Shown here piece by piece: positions 19,406-29,574 of a stretch of 64,000 bases of DNA. Below the pieces are notes generated by a model, which was not told where the DNA came from, ran no database searches, and saw only the letters and a program-made list of their open reading frames with translations. The stretch spans positions 50,239 to 114,238 of the forward strand of contig JBDOIU010000012.1 of assembly GCA_047404195.1 (NCBI GenBank). The letters are read 5' to 3'. Both the position numbers and the translations under genes were made by a program. Within the stretch, counting starts at the first letter, position 1, and each line of letters opens with the position of its first letter. This DNA is from Coxiellaceae bacterium (lineage in GTDB: Bacteria > Pseudomonadota > Gammaproteobacteria > JAJRRL01).

Positions 19406-19930
19406 ATGAAAAAGAAAACGGCGCTATTATCGGCTGCTTTACTGGTACCAGTTTTGTGTTTAACAGCATGTTCAAAGCGATCAGCGCATGCAGCTTGGGG
19501 TACAAACGCCTCTTCGAGCGGTGCTACAGCATACCAGGCTTCATTACAGCCGCAGCGTGATCGTGATGGACAAATTATCAATCGTTTGCAGGCGCCCAGC
19601 AATCAAACATATTATTTTTCTTTCGACCAGAGTGCAGTGGGCCCAGCAGATTATAAAGCCATTGCGATACAGGCTGAATACCTTGCTTCTCATCCGTCGG
19701 CGCGTGTCCGTTTAGAGGGCAATACAGATGATCGTGGCAGCCGGGAATACAACATTGGCTTGGGTTGGCGTCGAGATCAGGCGGTGAAGCAGCGGTTGTT
19801 GCAATTGGGTGTTCGTGGGCAGCAGATTGTGATGATCAGCTATGGCAAAGAAAAGCCTACTGTTTCTGGTTTTGCAGAGTCACAGCGCCGATTAAATAGG
19901 CGTGTGCACATGGTTTATGAAGCGTATTAA
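19406..19930 (+). CDS. pal: peptidoglycan-associated lipoprotein Pal
   Basis: Lipobox LTAC; OmpA-C domain (GNTDDRGSREYNIGLGWRRDQAVKQRL). Confidence 0.9.
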   Translation: MKKKTALLSAALLVPVLCLTACSKRSAHAAWGTNASSSGATAYQASLQPQRDRDGQIINRLQAPSNQTYYFSFDQSAVGPADYKAIAIQAEYLASHPSARVRLEGNTDDRGSREYNIGLGWRRDQAVKQRLLQLGVRGQQIVMISYGKEKPTVSGFAESQRRLNRRVHMVYEAY

Positions 19931-19942
19931 TCAGGAGGCAAT

Positions 19943-20785
19943 ATGTCACAGTATCGTTTATCACTTTCAATGCTTTGTTTGGTATCTTTGTTGACAACAT
20001 CGGTGTTTGCAAATGCGCCTGTTGAAGATGCGGTCGCTTTTGAAGCTGAGGCACCTGCATCACAAGCAGTGATGGCTGAGCCCGTTGTGCGTCAAGCAGA
20101 GGTTGGGGCACCCACTGAGCCTGCCTCTATACCCGTATGGCATAATGCCGGTAGAGATCAGCGCGCCCAGACGTATACTGCTACTGAAATGGCATCTACA
20201 GCGCCAGATCTTGCTCGAATTCAGCAGCAAGTCAACAACATTGTTGCAATGGGTTTGCCGCAGAAAGTACATGCCTTACAGCAGCAGTTGGCACAATTGC
20301 GAGGACAGCTGCAACAGCAGGCGCACCAATTGCAAGCCATGAAGGCCGTTAAGGCGACGGTTGCACAGTCTGCGCCCAAAGCGCTTTCTGTGGGGGCGCA
20401 TACTAAAAAGGCCAGCTATCATCAAGCATTCACTCAGTTAGTTAACAAGCAATATGCGTCAGCACAGACGCAGTTCAAACGCTATATCAAGGAGCAACCA
20501 GGTGGTCCCTATGTCAGTAATGCATATTATTGGCTGGCTGAGATTGCGCTCATTGAGCGACGATATACTGATGCAGAAGCGTCACTCAAAGTGATTGTTC
20601 AGCGCTATGCACACAGTCAAAAGTACCCTGATGCGCGTTATAAATTGGCCATGACACATCGAAAAATGCATCGTGATCAAGAGGCTAAGGTTGAGTTGGA
20701 GGGTATTAAGCAAGACTTTCCTTCCTCAACAGTGGCTAGATTGGCTGGTATTGCGTTAGAGCAAATGGCACTTGAGCAATCATAG
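19943..20785 (+). CDS. cpoB: cell-division coordinator CpoB (YbgF), TPR protein
   Basis: Signal peptide, coiled-coil (QQQLAQLRGQLQQQAHQLQAMK), C-terminal TPR repeats; last gene of tol-pal cluster. Confidence 0.8.
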   Translation: MSQYRLSLSMLCLVSLLTTSVFANAPVEDAVAFEAEAPASQAVMAEPVVRQAEVGAPTEPASIPVWHNAGRDQRAQTYTATEMASTAPDLARIQQQVNNIVAMGLPQKVHALQQQLAQLRGQLQQQAHQLQAMKAVKATVAQSAPKALSVGAHTKKASYHQAFTQLVNKQYASAQTQFKRYIKEQPGGPYVSNAYYWLAEIALIERRYTDAEASLKVIVQRYAHSQKYPDARYKLAMTHRKMHRDQEAKVELEGIKQDFPSSTVARLAGIALEQMALEQS

Positions 20786-20899
20786 ATTGCATGAAACTCG
20801 CTCAGTTAGGTGATTTATGAGTTTTATGTTAAAGTAATCTCATGTTATTTGACATACGCTGTTATGATTTTTATGTCATAGCGTATTTATTCTGGTGGG

Positions 20900-23386
20900 G
20901 TGATAGACCACGGAGAAAGTTTACTGCCAGCTCTTCTGTGGAGAGTGGCTTTTGTAGCTTGTACATGTTTGTTATTTAGCAAGCGTGGCTACGGGGGATT
21001 GATATTGGACCCATTGCATACAGTGTTGCAATCATATCCAGCCATCATTTACTGGCTAGACAAGCACCTACGTATCCAGGGATGTAATAAAGCTTTTATG
21101 CGGCATTTTGATATGCGCTCAGCTGATGAGGCGTATGACATTTGTCTGCGTTCTTTGCATTCTGCTGGGCACCCACACGCTGAATCATGGTATCAGAATA
21201 ATTTGCAAGCCATGAATGTACAGCAGCCTGTTTCTCATGTTCAGGAATTATATAAAATTGATGGGCAATCACAGCATTACGAGTCGGTGAAGTTATTGGT
21301 GTTGTCTGATCAGAAAGTCACTGGTTTGGTGAGTATTACTCGCTTACATGTACCAAGTGAGCATCAATTAATGCCAGTGAGCAAGCGTGATCATATTTTG
21401 CAGCAACTGCTACACACTATGTCAGCCAGTTTTACGTGGCATGATGCTCAAGGTGCTATGCAAGATTGTAATCAGCATCATGCGAAACGTTTAGGGCATA
21501 TGTCACCCAAATCGCTACATGGTAAGCATTTTGCAGAGTATTTGCCTGCAGATGAAACGCAGTTGCTGCAAGATATCTTTGAAAAAATTGACAAGCATGG
21601 TAAGCCTGTGCACAGTGTCACAAGCAGTGCAGAGCAGCCGCATTATCACATTCATAGTCCTGTGCACACTGATGATCAGTCATTAATTGGCGTGGCCAGC
21701 TTAAGTATGCCATTACCAGAAGCAGCGTCAGATTTGGTGCAGCTTAAAGAAAAAAATCGGCTTATTGATCAAGAGTCTCAGCGAAAAACAATGTTGATTC
21801 AGAACATCAGTAATCATTTACGTGCGCCGCTCATGGGGCTATCTGGCATGATGGGTGAGTTATCTTGTTTGGTGAATGATTGTCAGGCAATGTTGCAATC
21901 CATGGCTGATGAGGAAAGTATTCTGCGTAAATATCAGCAAGTCAGTCAGCAGCATGAGCGATTGAGTGCTTGCAGTCAGATTGCAACCAGTGCAGTTGAT
22001 GGTTTGATGTTGAGCTTTGATAGTTTACGAGAAGTCATGCAGTTCTCCTCCAATCAGAGGCAGGTTGATGTGGAGGATTTCTCATTGCATAGATTGCTTC
22101 ATAGTGTCGAGCGAATGTTGGCGCCATTGGCATCAAAAAATACCGTGGAGGTCTTGCTTGATGTTGATTCGAGTGTGCCGGAATATGTTATTTCAGATCC
22201 AGTAGCGTGTTTTAATATTGTCAGGCACTTGCTACATAATGCAATTAAGTTTTCATTGAATGCCGTTGTAAAAATTAAGATTTCACTGTCTATGCGTGGC
22301 CAGGATCATGTGTTGTCAATGGCATTCGTAGACAATGGTTCAGGTGTTGCACCTGATAAAAAAGAAGAGCTTTTCACATTATTCACGGGTCTTTCAGATG
22401 CAACAGATGTTGCTGATTTTGATGGTCGTGGTACGGGGCTGTATGTTGTCAAACATTATGTGGAGTCATTGGCTGGTGCGGTGTCGTTTGATAGTCGCGA
22501 CAGTGCGGGTTCTACATTTATAGTCACATTACCTATACAGCTAGGGCAGCAAAGTGATTATTGTTTCCAGCGGCTTGTCAATCGACATGCTGTCGTTGCG
22601 GTAGAGCCGCTATATCATGACAAATCTATGTCTGTTGAGAATCCAGATCCACGCGCTACGCGTGTGTTGCTGGTAGAGGACCACCCATCCTCCGCTATGG
22701 CAGCCAGCTTGGCTTTAAAGCGCTTGGGGTGCGCGGTCCAGCATGCGCGCACAGGTAAGGAGGCAGTATCAGCGGTTGCTAAGCTCAAATTTAATGTCAT
22801 TTTTTGTGACTTTGGTTTGCCTGATGTGAAGGGGCCAAACTTAGTGAAGCAATTGCGCGCCATGGTGGGTTCAGATTTGCCTATTATTGCGTTAACAGGT
22901 CAGTCACAATTGCGTCATCGCAATACTGCTGTGAATGCTTGGTTGCAAAAACCAGCGCTTGGTCAACAGTTTGAGGAAATGCTACAGAAGCATGTCCGAT
23001 TTCACTCGATTAAAAAAACATCAGAAGATACAATAATGGAAATAGATATTATCGATTGGGATCAGTGTGTTGCTAAGTGCGGTGGTGCTCAAGATTCTGC
23101 ACTACAGTTGCTGAGTATTTGTGTCAGTGATTTAGTAAATTCGAAAACGGTGTTGCTTAATGCGGTGCAGGACAAGCAAGAAAAAGCACTGATGAGTGAG
23201 GTGCATCGATTGGCCGGAGGTGTGTGTTACCTCAGGTTGCCGCGTTTAGAGGCAGCACTGCATGTCTTGCAGAATTTGAATATATTGCAGCACGGTTGGG
23301 ATGAGTGTGTTGTTTATCATGATGCTGTGCAGGATGCGATTGATGAGGTTATTCGTTTATTCGAGCAAAAGTTTAAGCGGTCGTAA
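20900..23386 (+). CDS. hybrid sensor histidine kinase/response regulator: PAS-like N-terminal region, HisKA, HATPase_c, receiver and C-terminal HPt-like domain
   Basis: H-box ISNHLRAPLMGLSGM, G-box DGRGTGLYVVKHYVESLAG, receiver (VLLVEDH...IFCDFGLPDVKG), C-terminal HRLAGGVCYL; start codon uncertain (GTG at 20900 in ORF track). Confidence 0.8.
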   Translation: MIDHGESLLPALLWRVAFVACTCLLFSKRGYGGLILDPLHTVLQSYPAIIYWLDKHLRIQGCNKAFMRHFDMRSADEAYDICLRSLHSAGHPHAESWYQNNLQAMNVQQPVSHVQELYKIDGQSQHYESVKLLVLSDQKVTGLVSITRLHVPSEHQLMPVSKRDHILQQLLHTMSASFTWHDAQGAMQDCNQHHAKRLGHMSPKSLHGKHFAEYLPADETQLLQDIFEKIDKHGKPVHSVTSSAEQPHYHIHSPVHTDDQSLIGVASLSMPLPEAASDLVQLKEKNRLIDQESQRKTMLIQNISNHLRAPLMGLSGMMGELSCLVNDCQAMLQSMADEESILRKYQQVSQQHERLSACSQIATSAVDGLMLSFDSLREVMQFSSNQRQVDVEDFSLHRLLHSVERMLAPLASKNTVEVLLDVDSSVPEYVISDPVACFNIVRHLLHNAIKFSLNAVVKIKISLSMRGQDHVLSMAFVDNGSGVAPDKKEELFTLFTGLSDATDVADFDGRGTGLYVVKHYVESLAGAVSFDSRDSAGSTFIVTLPIQLGQQSDYCFQRLVNRHAVVAVEPLYHDKSMSVENPDPRATRVLLVEDHPSSAMAASLALKRLGCAVQHARTGKEAVSAVAKLKFNVIFCDFGLPDVKGPNLVKQLRAMVGSDLPIIALTGQSQLRHRNTAVNAWLQKPALGQQFEEMLQKHVRFHSIKKTSEDTIMEIDIIDWDQCVAKCGGAQDSALQLLSICVSDLVNSKTVLLNAVQDKQEKALMSEVHRLAGGVCYLRLPRLEAALHVLQNLNILQHGWDECVVYHDAVQDAIDEVIRLFEQKFKRS

Positions 23387-23846
23387 CATTTGTATCCAGT
23401 GGCTGAAAGTCCAATTGCCGCCAAGCTTCATAGGCAATGATTCCCACCGAGTTGGCTAAATTGAGGCTGCGGCTGTGGGCTTGCATTGGAATGCGCGCGC
23501 CTATGCAGGTGCCACGAATTGTTGCCGGCAAGCCACGTGACTCTGGTCCAAACAGTAGGCAGTCGCCATGCTGGTAATCTATTTTGCTATAGCATTCAGA
23601 TGCTTTTGTTGTTGCGGCTATGAGGCGCGCATCGGGTAGGGCTTGCTGCAAAGCGTCAAAGTTGTCATGCAGCTGTACTCGTGCCCACTCATGATAGTCC
23701 AAACCAGCACGTCTACATTGCTTGTCATTCAGTTCAAAAGCCATTGGCTGTATGATATGCAGCATCGCACCCATATTCGCTGCCAAGCGAATAATATTGC
23801 CCGTATTGGGCGGGATTTCAGGTTCGTAAAGTGCAATATGTATCAT
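23373..23846 (-). CDS. trmL: tRNA (cytidine/uridine-2-prime-O)-methyltransferase TrmL (SpoU family)
   Basis: MIHIALYEPEIPPNTGNIIRLAANMG... matches TrmL N-terminus; overlaps 3-prime end of sensor kinase gene by 14 nt (convergent). Confidence 0.8.
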   Translation of the reverse strand: MIHIALYEPEIPPNTGNIIRLAANMGAMLHIIQPMAFELNDKQCRRAGLDYHEWARVQLHDNFDALQQALPDARLIAATTKASECYSKIDYQHGDCLLFGPESRGLPATIRGTCIGARIPMQAHSRSLNLANSVGIIAYEAWRQLDFQPLDTNVTTA

Positions 23847-23943
23847 ACTAGGATAGTACAATGTAACTGTCTAACCTACAAGGTATTGGTATTGAAAAAT
23901 GCGTTAACTAACAGGCCAATGACACCACTCAGTTTATTGGGGG

Positions 23944-24696
23944 TCAATCTTCACCATGCTCATCATCGCTGGCATCGAGCGGTTTGATGTCAGCAGGCTC
24001 TTGTTCAACCCCTGGCTTCGTGTCTGTTTCATTGCTGGCAATATCAGCAATACGTGACTGCAGATAGGCATTGCGCATTGCGACATATGGATCAATGGCG
24101 TCATCGATGATTGAGTTCATTGGCATCACGCGGCTGCGTAGATCAGCAAAGCGTGTTGCAGTGTAGGCACGCCATGTGCTTTCAGATTTGGCATACGACA
24201 TGGGGTCTAATGCATAGTCACCAATACGGCCGAAGGCGTCACGCATTGTTGATGGGCCAAACAATGGAATAATGAAGTAAGGAGAATGCTTGTTCTTTGA
24301 ATAGTAAGCAAGTGTACGACCTGTGTCATTTTCATGCTTTGGAATGCCTAAACTGGTTGCGACATCAAATAAACCACCCATTCCGATTGTACTGTTAGTG
24401 ATAAATCGCAATCCATCAAGTAGTGCATAGCGAAATTTTCCCTGAATTAAGTCATTTGGAAAAGCACGGATCATATGGATGTTGTCATAAGCATTGCTGA
24501 TACAGTGTCGGAGTGAGTGTGGTAGCGTGTGATCATAGACCTGTGTGACTGGGCGCGCAATGATGTGATCGACACCTTGGTTGAATGCAAAGGTGACTCG
24601 GTTCACAGATTCATAGGGATCTGCCTTCGAGGTCGGTGTTCGGTGGCAACCACAAAGCGTTAATGCCAGAGTCGAATAAAATAATGTTTTTTTCAT
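23944..24696 (-). CDS. mlaA: phospholipid-transport lipoprotein MlaA (VacJ)
   Basis: Lipoprotein signal MKKTLFYSTLALTLCGC; MlaA blocks (ESVNRVTFAFNQ, TIGMGGLFDVA, YFIIPLFGPSTMRD). Confidence 0.8.
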   Translation of the reverse strand: MKKTLFYSTLALTLCGCHRTPTSKADPYESVNRVTFAFNQGVDHIIARPVTQVYDHTLPHSLRHCISNAYDNIHMIRAFPNDLIQGKFRYALLDGLRFITNSTIGMGGLFDVATSLGIPKHENDTGRTLAYYSKNKHSPYFIIPLFGPSTMRDAFGRIGDYALDPMSYAKSESTWRAYTATRFADLRSRVMPMNSIIDDAIDPYVAMRNAYLQSRIADIASNETDTKPGVEQEPADIKPLDASDDEHGED

Positions 24697-24817
24697 GCGT
24701 CCATGCCTCGTCAGTCGAAAGGTTGTGCACACTCCGCTGTGCAGTAGTATTAATCTAACGTATTTTAGAGGGCAGGCATAGCTTTTTTTTATGACGGATT
24801 GCTCTGCAGGTGATTGC

Positions 24818-26236
24818 TTACAAATGCTTAGGAAATAATGACACTAATCGATCTGGCTGTTTGTGTCTTAAGTACAATCCTAGTCCAAGCCCTAGGCCAG
24901 AATAGTGGCACATAATGTATCCACTGTCCTCACAGCATGTCTGTTGCTGGACGGTGAGTGTGATGTTCTGGCGTTGGCAATATTGATCACGTTGCTCAGC
25001 GGTCAATTCAATGACATTACGTGTTGCTTGCGGTGCCAGCATCATTGCCAAGGGAGTGGTGATTTTGGGGTGTAAGGTATTGGTTTTGAGTGCAAATAGA
25101 CCATTGCTGTCTGTATTGATTGCCTGTGGAATGGCACATTCCCGGTTGAAAATAAACACCCCTCGATTGGGGTTTGTGTGCAATTGATGTTGATCGAGGA
25201 TGGACTGGTCAAAACCAAATCGTTCTAGCGCTGTTAATAATACTGTGGGGAATGTGGTATCACGCCATGTCTTCGCATCATGGTTATTGTTAAGTCGCCC
25301 GGCTTTCTTTTCAATAACGGCAATAAAAAAGCCACCTGTATCATTTGTTTGTGGCCACAAACGCATGCAGTGTCGCAGGGAGTCATCATATTTTTCATCA
25401 TGCCATTGTGTGAGGCCTGGTGAATGGTTGAGGCCAGGGAGATTGGCAGGAACCAGCTCACAGTCATCCTGCATGTGTTCTAAAACAGCATTGATGACCG
25501 CTTCATTTTCTTCAGGTGCAAATGTGCAGGTGCTGTAAACGATGCGTCCACCAGGGCGTGTGACTTGAATAGCTTTCGTCAGTAATTCTTGTTGTATGTT
25601 AGCCAGCGCTTGTCGTGCATGTTTGGCTTGCGCTTGTCCATGGTAAGCGCCTTTGCGCAGCATTCCCTCGCATGAGCAAGGTGCATCGATAAGTACTTTA
25701 TCAAAAAAGCCATCCGGTGCCGGTATTGATCGCCCATCATACAGTGTGCTGGCAATATTCGTGATGCCTAGGCGTTTGACCATGTGCCCCAGTGCGCGCA
25801 GTCGCTGTGATTTTAAGTCATTCGCAGTGATGCTGCCTTTATTTTGCATCATGACTGCCATTTGCACACTTTTGCCACCAGGCGCGGCACACATGTCTAA
25901 GACACGCTCGCCAGGTTGGGGGTCAAGAAGTGTGGCGGGAATCAGCGATACGGCTTCTTGTGTTTGTAGCAGACCAATATTGTAAGGCCAGCTGTGCCCA
26001 ACATGATGTTGTGTGCTGTTGATTTGTAAACCATGCTCATGCCAAGGCAGAGGTTCGCTATTGATTCCAGCTTCCTGTAATGCAGACTGACAGGCCTCAC
26101 GCGTGGTTTTGAGTGTATTGACGTGCACGGCACAGGGTAACGCCGTTGTTGCATAGCGTTTGAATAGATGCAGGTCTGGCATGATGTGTTGATAACGTTG
26201 CCAGAGGAAGTCAATTGCGGTTGTTTGGGGGTCCAT
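24818..26236 (-). CDS. rsmF: 16S rRNA m5C methyltransferase RsmF (NOL1/NOP2/Sun family)
   Basis: SAM-MTase blocks (VLDMCAAPGGKS, LIDAPCSCEGMLRK, RPGGRIVYSTCTFAPEENE); start set at Met 51 of ORF (MDPQTT...) by alignment logic with RsmF N-terminus. Confidence 0.75.
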   Translation of the reverse strand: MDPQTTAIDFLWQRYQHIMPDLHLFKRYATTALPCAVHVNTLKTTREACQSALQEAGINSEPLPWHEHGLQINSTQHHVGHSWPYNIGLLQTQEAVSLIPATLLDPQPGERVLDMCAAPGGKSVQMAVMMQNKGSITANDLKSQRLRALGHMVKRLGITNIASTLYDGRSIPAPDGFFDKVLIDAPCSCEGMLRKGAYHGQAQAKHARQALANIQQELLTKAIQVTRPGGRIVYSTCTFAPEENEAVINAVLEHMQDDCELVPANLPGLNHSPGLTQWHDEKYDDSLRHCMRLWPQTNDTGGFFIAVIEKKAGRLNNNHDAKTWRDTTFPTVLLTALERFGFDQSILDQHQLHTNPNRGVFIFNRECAIPQAINTDSNGLFALKTNTLHPKITTPLAMMLAPQATRNVIELTAEQRDQYCQRQNITLTVQQQTCCEDSGYIMCHYSGLGLGLGLYLRHKQPDRLVSLFPKHL

Positions 26237-26476
26237 GCTTGCCTCATGTGTATTCTTGGCGCAGTCTAGCGTATTTGCCTTAAAAAAGACAGCTCCGCTG
26301 CCTTTTTTGCTCAATATGGTGTCATTTTCTTTGCGTTGTGTTGGCTTTACTTGCTCTGAGCGCACAAAAGTGTTACAAAATGGCAATGAAATACCCCGCC
26401 AAGTTGTGCAAAATGCACGCAGATAATGCTAGCCTGCGGGTTATGGACCACAAATGATTTCTGTTGGAGAACTCAC

Positions 26477-27427
26477 ATGAATCTTGATTATTTGGATTTT
26501 GAGCAACCCATCGGTGTGCTGCATCAAAAAATAGAAGAGCTGCGTCGTATCGGTTGTGCTGACGGCTTGAATATCAGTGAAGAAATTATGCGCCTTGAGG
26601 CAAAGCAGAAAGACTTAACAAAAAGTATTTTTGCTAAGCTATCAGCGCAACAGATTGTGCAATTGGCACGTCACCCTTTGCGACCACATACGCATGATTA
26701 TATCAATGACATCATCACCGATTTTCATGAGCTTCACGGTGATCGTCATCATTCAAAGGCATCTGCAATTGTCGGTGGACTTGGTCGACTCAATGGTCAA
26801 CCAGTCATGGTTATTGGTCATGAAAAAGGGCGTTCAACATCTGAGAAGTTATCGCGTAACTTTGGTATGGCAAACCCAGAGGGCTTTCGTCGTGCATTGC
26901 GTTTGATGAAGTTGGCTGAACGTTTTGGCATCCCTGTACTCACATTCATTGATACACCTGGCGCTTATCCTGGTATCGGTGCTGAAGAGCGCAATCAGAG
27001 TGAAGCCATTGCGCGGAACTTATTTGAAATGTCTGCATTGAAGGTACCCATCATTTGTACCGTGATTGGTGAAGGTTGCTCTGGTGGTGCTTTAGCTATC
27101 GGTGTGGGTGATCGCACTTTGATGCTGCAATATGCTTACTATTCTGTTATTTCACCAGAAGGGTGTGCCACTATTCTGTGGAAATCAGCTGAAAAGGCAG
27201 GTATTGCTGCAGAGGCCCTGAACTTGACAGCAGGGCGTTTGCTTGAGCTGGGCTTGATTGATGAGGTATTGCCAGAGCCTTTGGGTGGTGCACATCGCAA
27301 TAGTATGCAAATGTCTTTGACAATCAAGGAAGCCTTGTCAAAATCACTACAAGCGCTCAACCAAATGGATCCACAATCTTTATGTGATGCGCGTTATGCA
27401 CGATGGCGTGCAATTGCCAGTGATTAA
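26477..27427 (+). CDS. accA: acetyl-CoA carboxylase carboxyltransferase alpha subunit
   Basis: [12 protein letters not shown]...; conserved [41 protein letters not shown]; RBS GGAGA. Confidence 0.9.
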   Translation: MNLDYLDFEQPIGVLHQKIEELRRIGCADGLNISEEIMRLEAKQKDLTKSIFAKLSAQQIVQLARHPLRPHTHDYINDIITDFHELHGDRHHSKASAIVGGLGRLNGQPVMVIGHEKGRSTSEKLSRNFGMANPEGFRRALRLMKLAERFGIPVLTFIDTPGAYPGIGAEERNQSEAIARNLFEMSALKVPIICTVIGEGCSGGALAIGVGDRTLMLQYAYYSVISPEGCATILWKSAEKAGIAAEALNLTAGRLLELGLIDEVLPEPLGGAHRNSMQMSLTIKEALSKSLQALNQMDPQSLCDARYARWRAIASD

Positions 27428-28749
27428 TGGTTGACGCTTCTGTAGAGCAAGTCATTCATGCGGCACTCTACCCATATCGCAATCAGCCATGGTTGCTTGC
27501 GTTCAGTGGTGGTCTGGACTCCAGTGTGTTGTTACACGTTTTGAGTGCTCAGTTTCCTGAGTCAATGCAAAATTGTACGCTTTTGTATATTGATCATGCA
27601 GCGGCTTACGCGCATGATTGGGTTGAGCGTAATCGTGCTCAGGCTGAAGCATATGGTGTCTCTTTTTTGAGTGAATCTATCGCCGAAAAATGTCCAGTGG
27701 GTGCGAGTCTAGAGGCTTTTTGGCGTGAGCAACGTTATGCAATTTTACACCGCGTTCAGCAGTTGCAGTCTGCGGTCCTATTGACAGCACAGCATGCCAG
27801 TGATCAAGTTGAGACAGTGTTGTTGCAATTATTTCGAGGTGCAGGTATTGCTGGGTTATCAGCTATGCCAGCGCAATGTAACACAGCGGCGGGTATTCAT
27901 TTGCGGCCGATGCTCAGTTTATCGCGACAGCAGTTGCTTGTGTATGCACAGCAGCATCACATTACATATATTGAAGATCCCAGTAATACCAACCAACGAT
28001 TTGCACGTAACTATTTGCGTCATACTGTCATGCCCTTGATTGAGAATCGTTGGCCACAGGTGCATAAATCGGTATTACGTTCAGCGCAGCATTGTGCAGC
28101 TGCCAAGGAGCAGCTTAATCGCATGTCACAACAATCATTGGCCAATGTGATGCATGCTGAACGTCAGACCATTTTGACGCAGCGTTTATTGACTTATTCG
28201 CATGCTGAGCAAGCATGCATAATGCGCGCATGGTTAAAGCTGCGTGGTGTGATACAGCACCCAACAAAAGCACAACTGGATAATTTACTGTCGCAGTGCT
28301 ATGCAGCAGAGGATCGGCAAGTGCTTTGTGCCTTTGCGCAGTGGGAGGTGCGTCGCTATCAGCACGAGTTATACTGTTTGCCACAACAGCGTCTACAGCC
28401 TTTATGTCATGTTGATTGGGATTTAACGCAACAGATTCATTTGCCTGGATGTGGTATACTCACAGCAGACCATTGTCAATCGGCTGGTCTCAAGCTTGCG
28501 GGGCAGCATTTACAAGTACGAGCAAGGCAAGGTGGTGAGCGTATTCGTCTATATGGGCAGGCGCATCACCGTGATTTAAAAAGTTTGTATCAAGAATGGA
28601 AAATACCACCTTGGCAGCGTGCTGCCATTCCATTATTGTATGAAGAAGATGAACTGGTTGCTATTGCTGGGTATGGGTATGCAGCTAGTCAACGAGTTAA
28701 TGTGGGTGAGTGGGGTTGGAACATTCACTGGCAACAAGATTTCAAATAA
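27427..28749 (+). CDS. tilS: tRNA(Ile)-lysidine synthetase
   Basis: PP-loop SGGLDSSVLL; start ATG overlaps accA stop (TAATG). Confidence 0.85.
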   Translation: MVDASVEQVIHAALYPYRNQPWLLAFSGGLDSSVLLHVLSAQFPESMQNCTLLYIDHAAAYAHDWVERNRAQAEAYGVSFLSESIAEKCPVGASLEAFWREQRYAILHRVQQLQSAVLLTAQHASDQVETVLLQLFRGAGIAGLSAMPAQCNTAAGIHLRPMLSLSRQQLLVYAQQHHITYIEDPSNTNQRFARNYLRHTVMPLIENRWPQVHKSVLRSAQHCAAAKEQLNRMSQQSLANVMHAERQTILTQRLLTYSHAEQACIMRAWLKLRGVIQHPTKAQLDNLLSQCYAAEDRQVLCAFAQWEVRRYQHELYCLPQQRLQPLCHVDWDLTQQIHLPGCGILTADHCQSAGLKLAGQHLQVRARQGGERIRLYGQAHHRDLKSLYQEWKIPPWQRAAIPLLYEEDELVAIAGYGYAASQRVNVGEWGWNIHWQQDFK

Positions 28750-28758
28750 GGAGTATTT

Positions 28759-29433
28759 ATGGGACAACTCACACTGGTGCGTCACGGTCAATCTATGTGG
28801 AATGCTAACAATAGATTCACGGGTTGGGTGGATGTACCGTTATCTAAAAAGGGTATTGCGGAAGCGCAGTCTGCTGGTGAAGTGATTGCAGAAGATAAAG
28901 TTGATTTAATTCTAATGTCTTCACTGATGCGTGCACAACAGACAGCCATGATTATGATGGCAGAGCATGCTGATGGTAAAACGCCGATTGTTGTGCATGA
29001 GCACGGTAGCATGGCTGATTGGAGCGCCATACATTCGCCAGAGGCATCTGCTGATTCCATTCCCTGTTACATTGATCAGCGCTTGAATGAGCGTTATTAT
29101 GGCGACTTGCAAGGACAGAATAAAGACGAGGCAAGGCAGCAATATGGTGCCGATCAGGTGGAAATTTGGCGTCGTAGTTATGATGAGCGCCCACCCGCCG
29201 GTGAGAGTTTGGAGATGACGGCCATTCGTGTATTGCCCTGCTTGGCAGATGTCGTTGTACCTGCCATGGAAATGGGACGGCATTGTTTGGTGGTTGCGCA
29301 TGGTAACTCTTTGCGAGCTTTGATCATGGCACTAGAAGAGTTGTCACCTCAAGAGGTGATGGCACTTGAATTGCCGACAGCGCAGCCTCGATCATATGTG
29401 TATCAGGATGGTGTATTTTATCCTTTTGATTGA
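28759..29433 (+). CDS. gpmA: 2,3-bisphosphoglycerate-dependent phosphoglycerate mutase
   Basis: LVRHGQSMWNANNRFTGWVDVPLSKKG catalytic His motif, short (224 aa) form. Confidence 0.8.
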   Translation: MGQLTLVRHGQSMWNANNRFTGWVDVPLSKKGIAEAQSAGEVIAEDKVDLILMSSLMRAQQTAMIMMAEHADGKTPIVVHEHGSMADWSAIHSPEASADSIPCYIDQRLNERYYGDLQGQNKDEARQQYGADQVEIWRRSYDERPPAGESLEMTAIRVLPCLADVVVPAMEMGRHCLVVAHGNSLRALIMALEELSPQEVMALELPTAQPRSYVYQDGVFYPFD

Positions 29434-29473
29434 TCCTTGGTTTTTGTGTTCAGTAGGCTGTTCGTGCCAGGGC

Positions 29474-29502
29474 TTTACCAGCAAAAGTTAATGTTGTATA
29501 CT
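29474..29502 (+). promoter_or_regulatory. candidate sigma-70 promoter TTTACC-N17-TATACT upstream of LRR gene
   Basis: Hexamer match and spacing only. Confidence 0.3.
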
Positions 29503-29574
29503 ATTGTGAAAGTGCTGTGTTGTTATTCGATGAGGTAATACACTGTAGACATTAGCGATAATCGAGGAGTCCAT

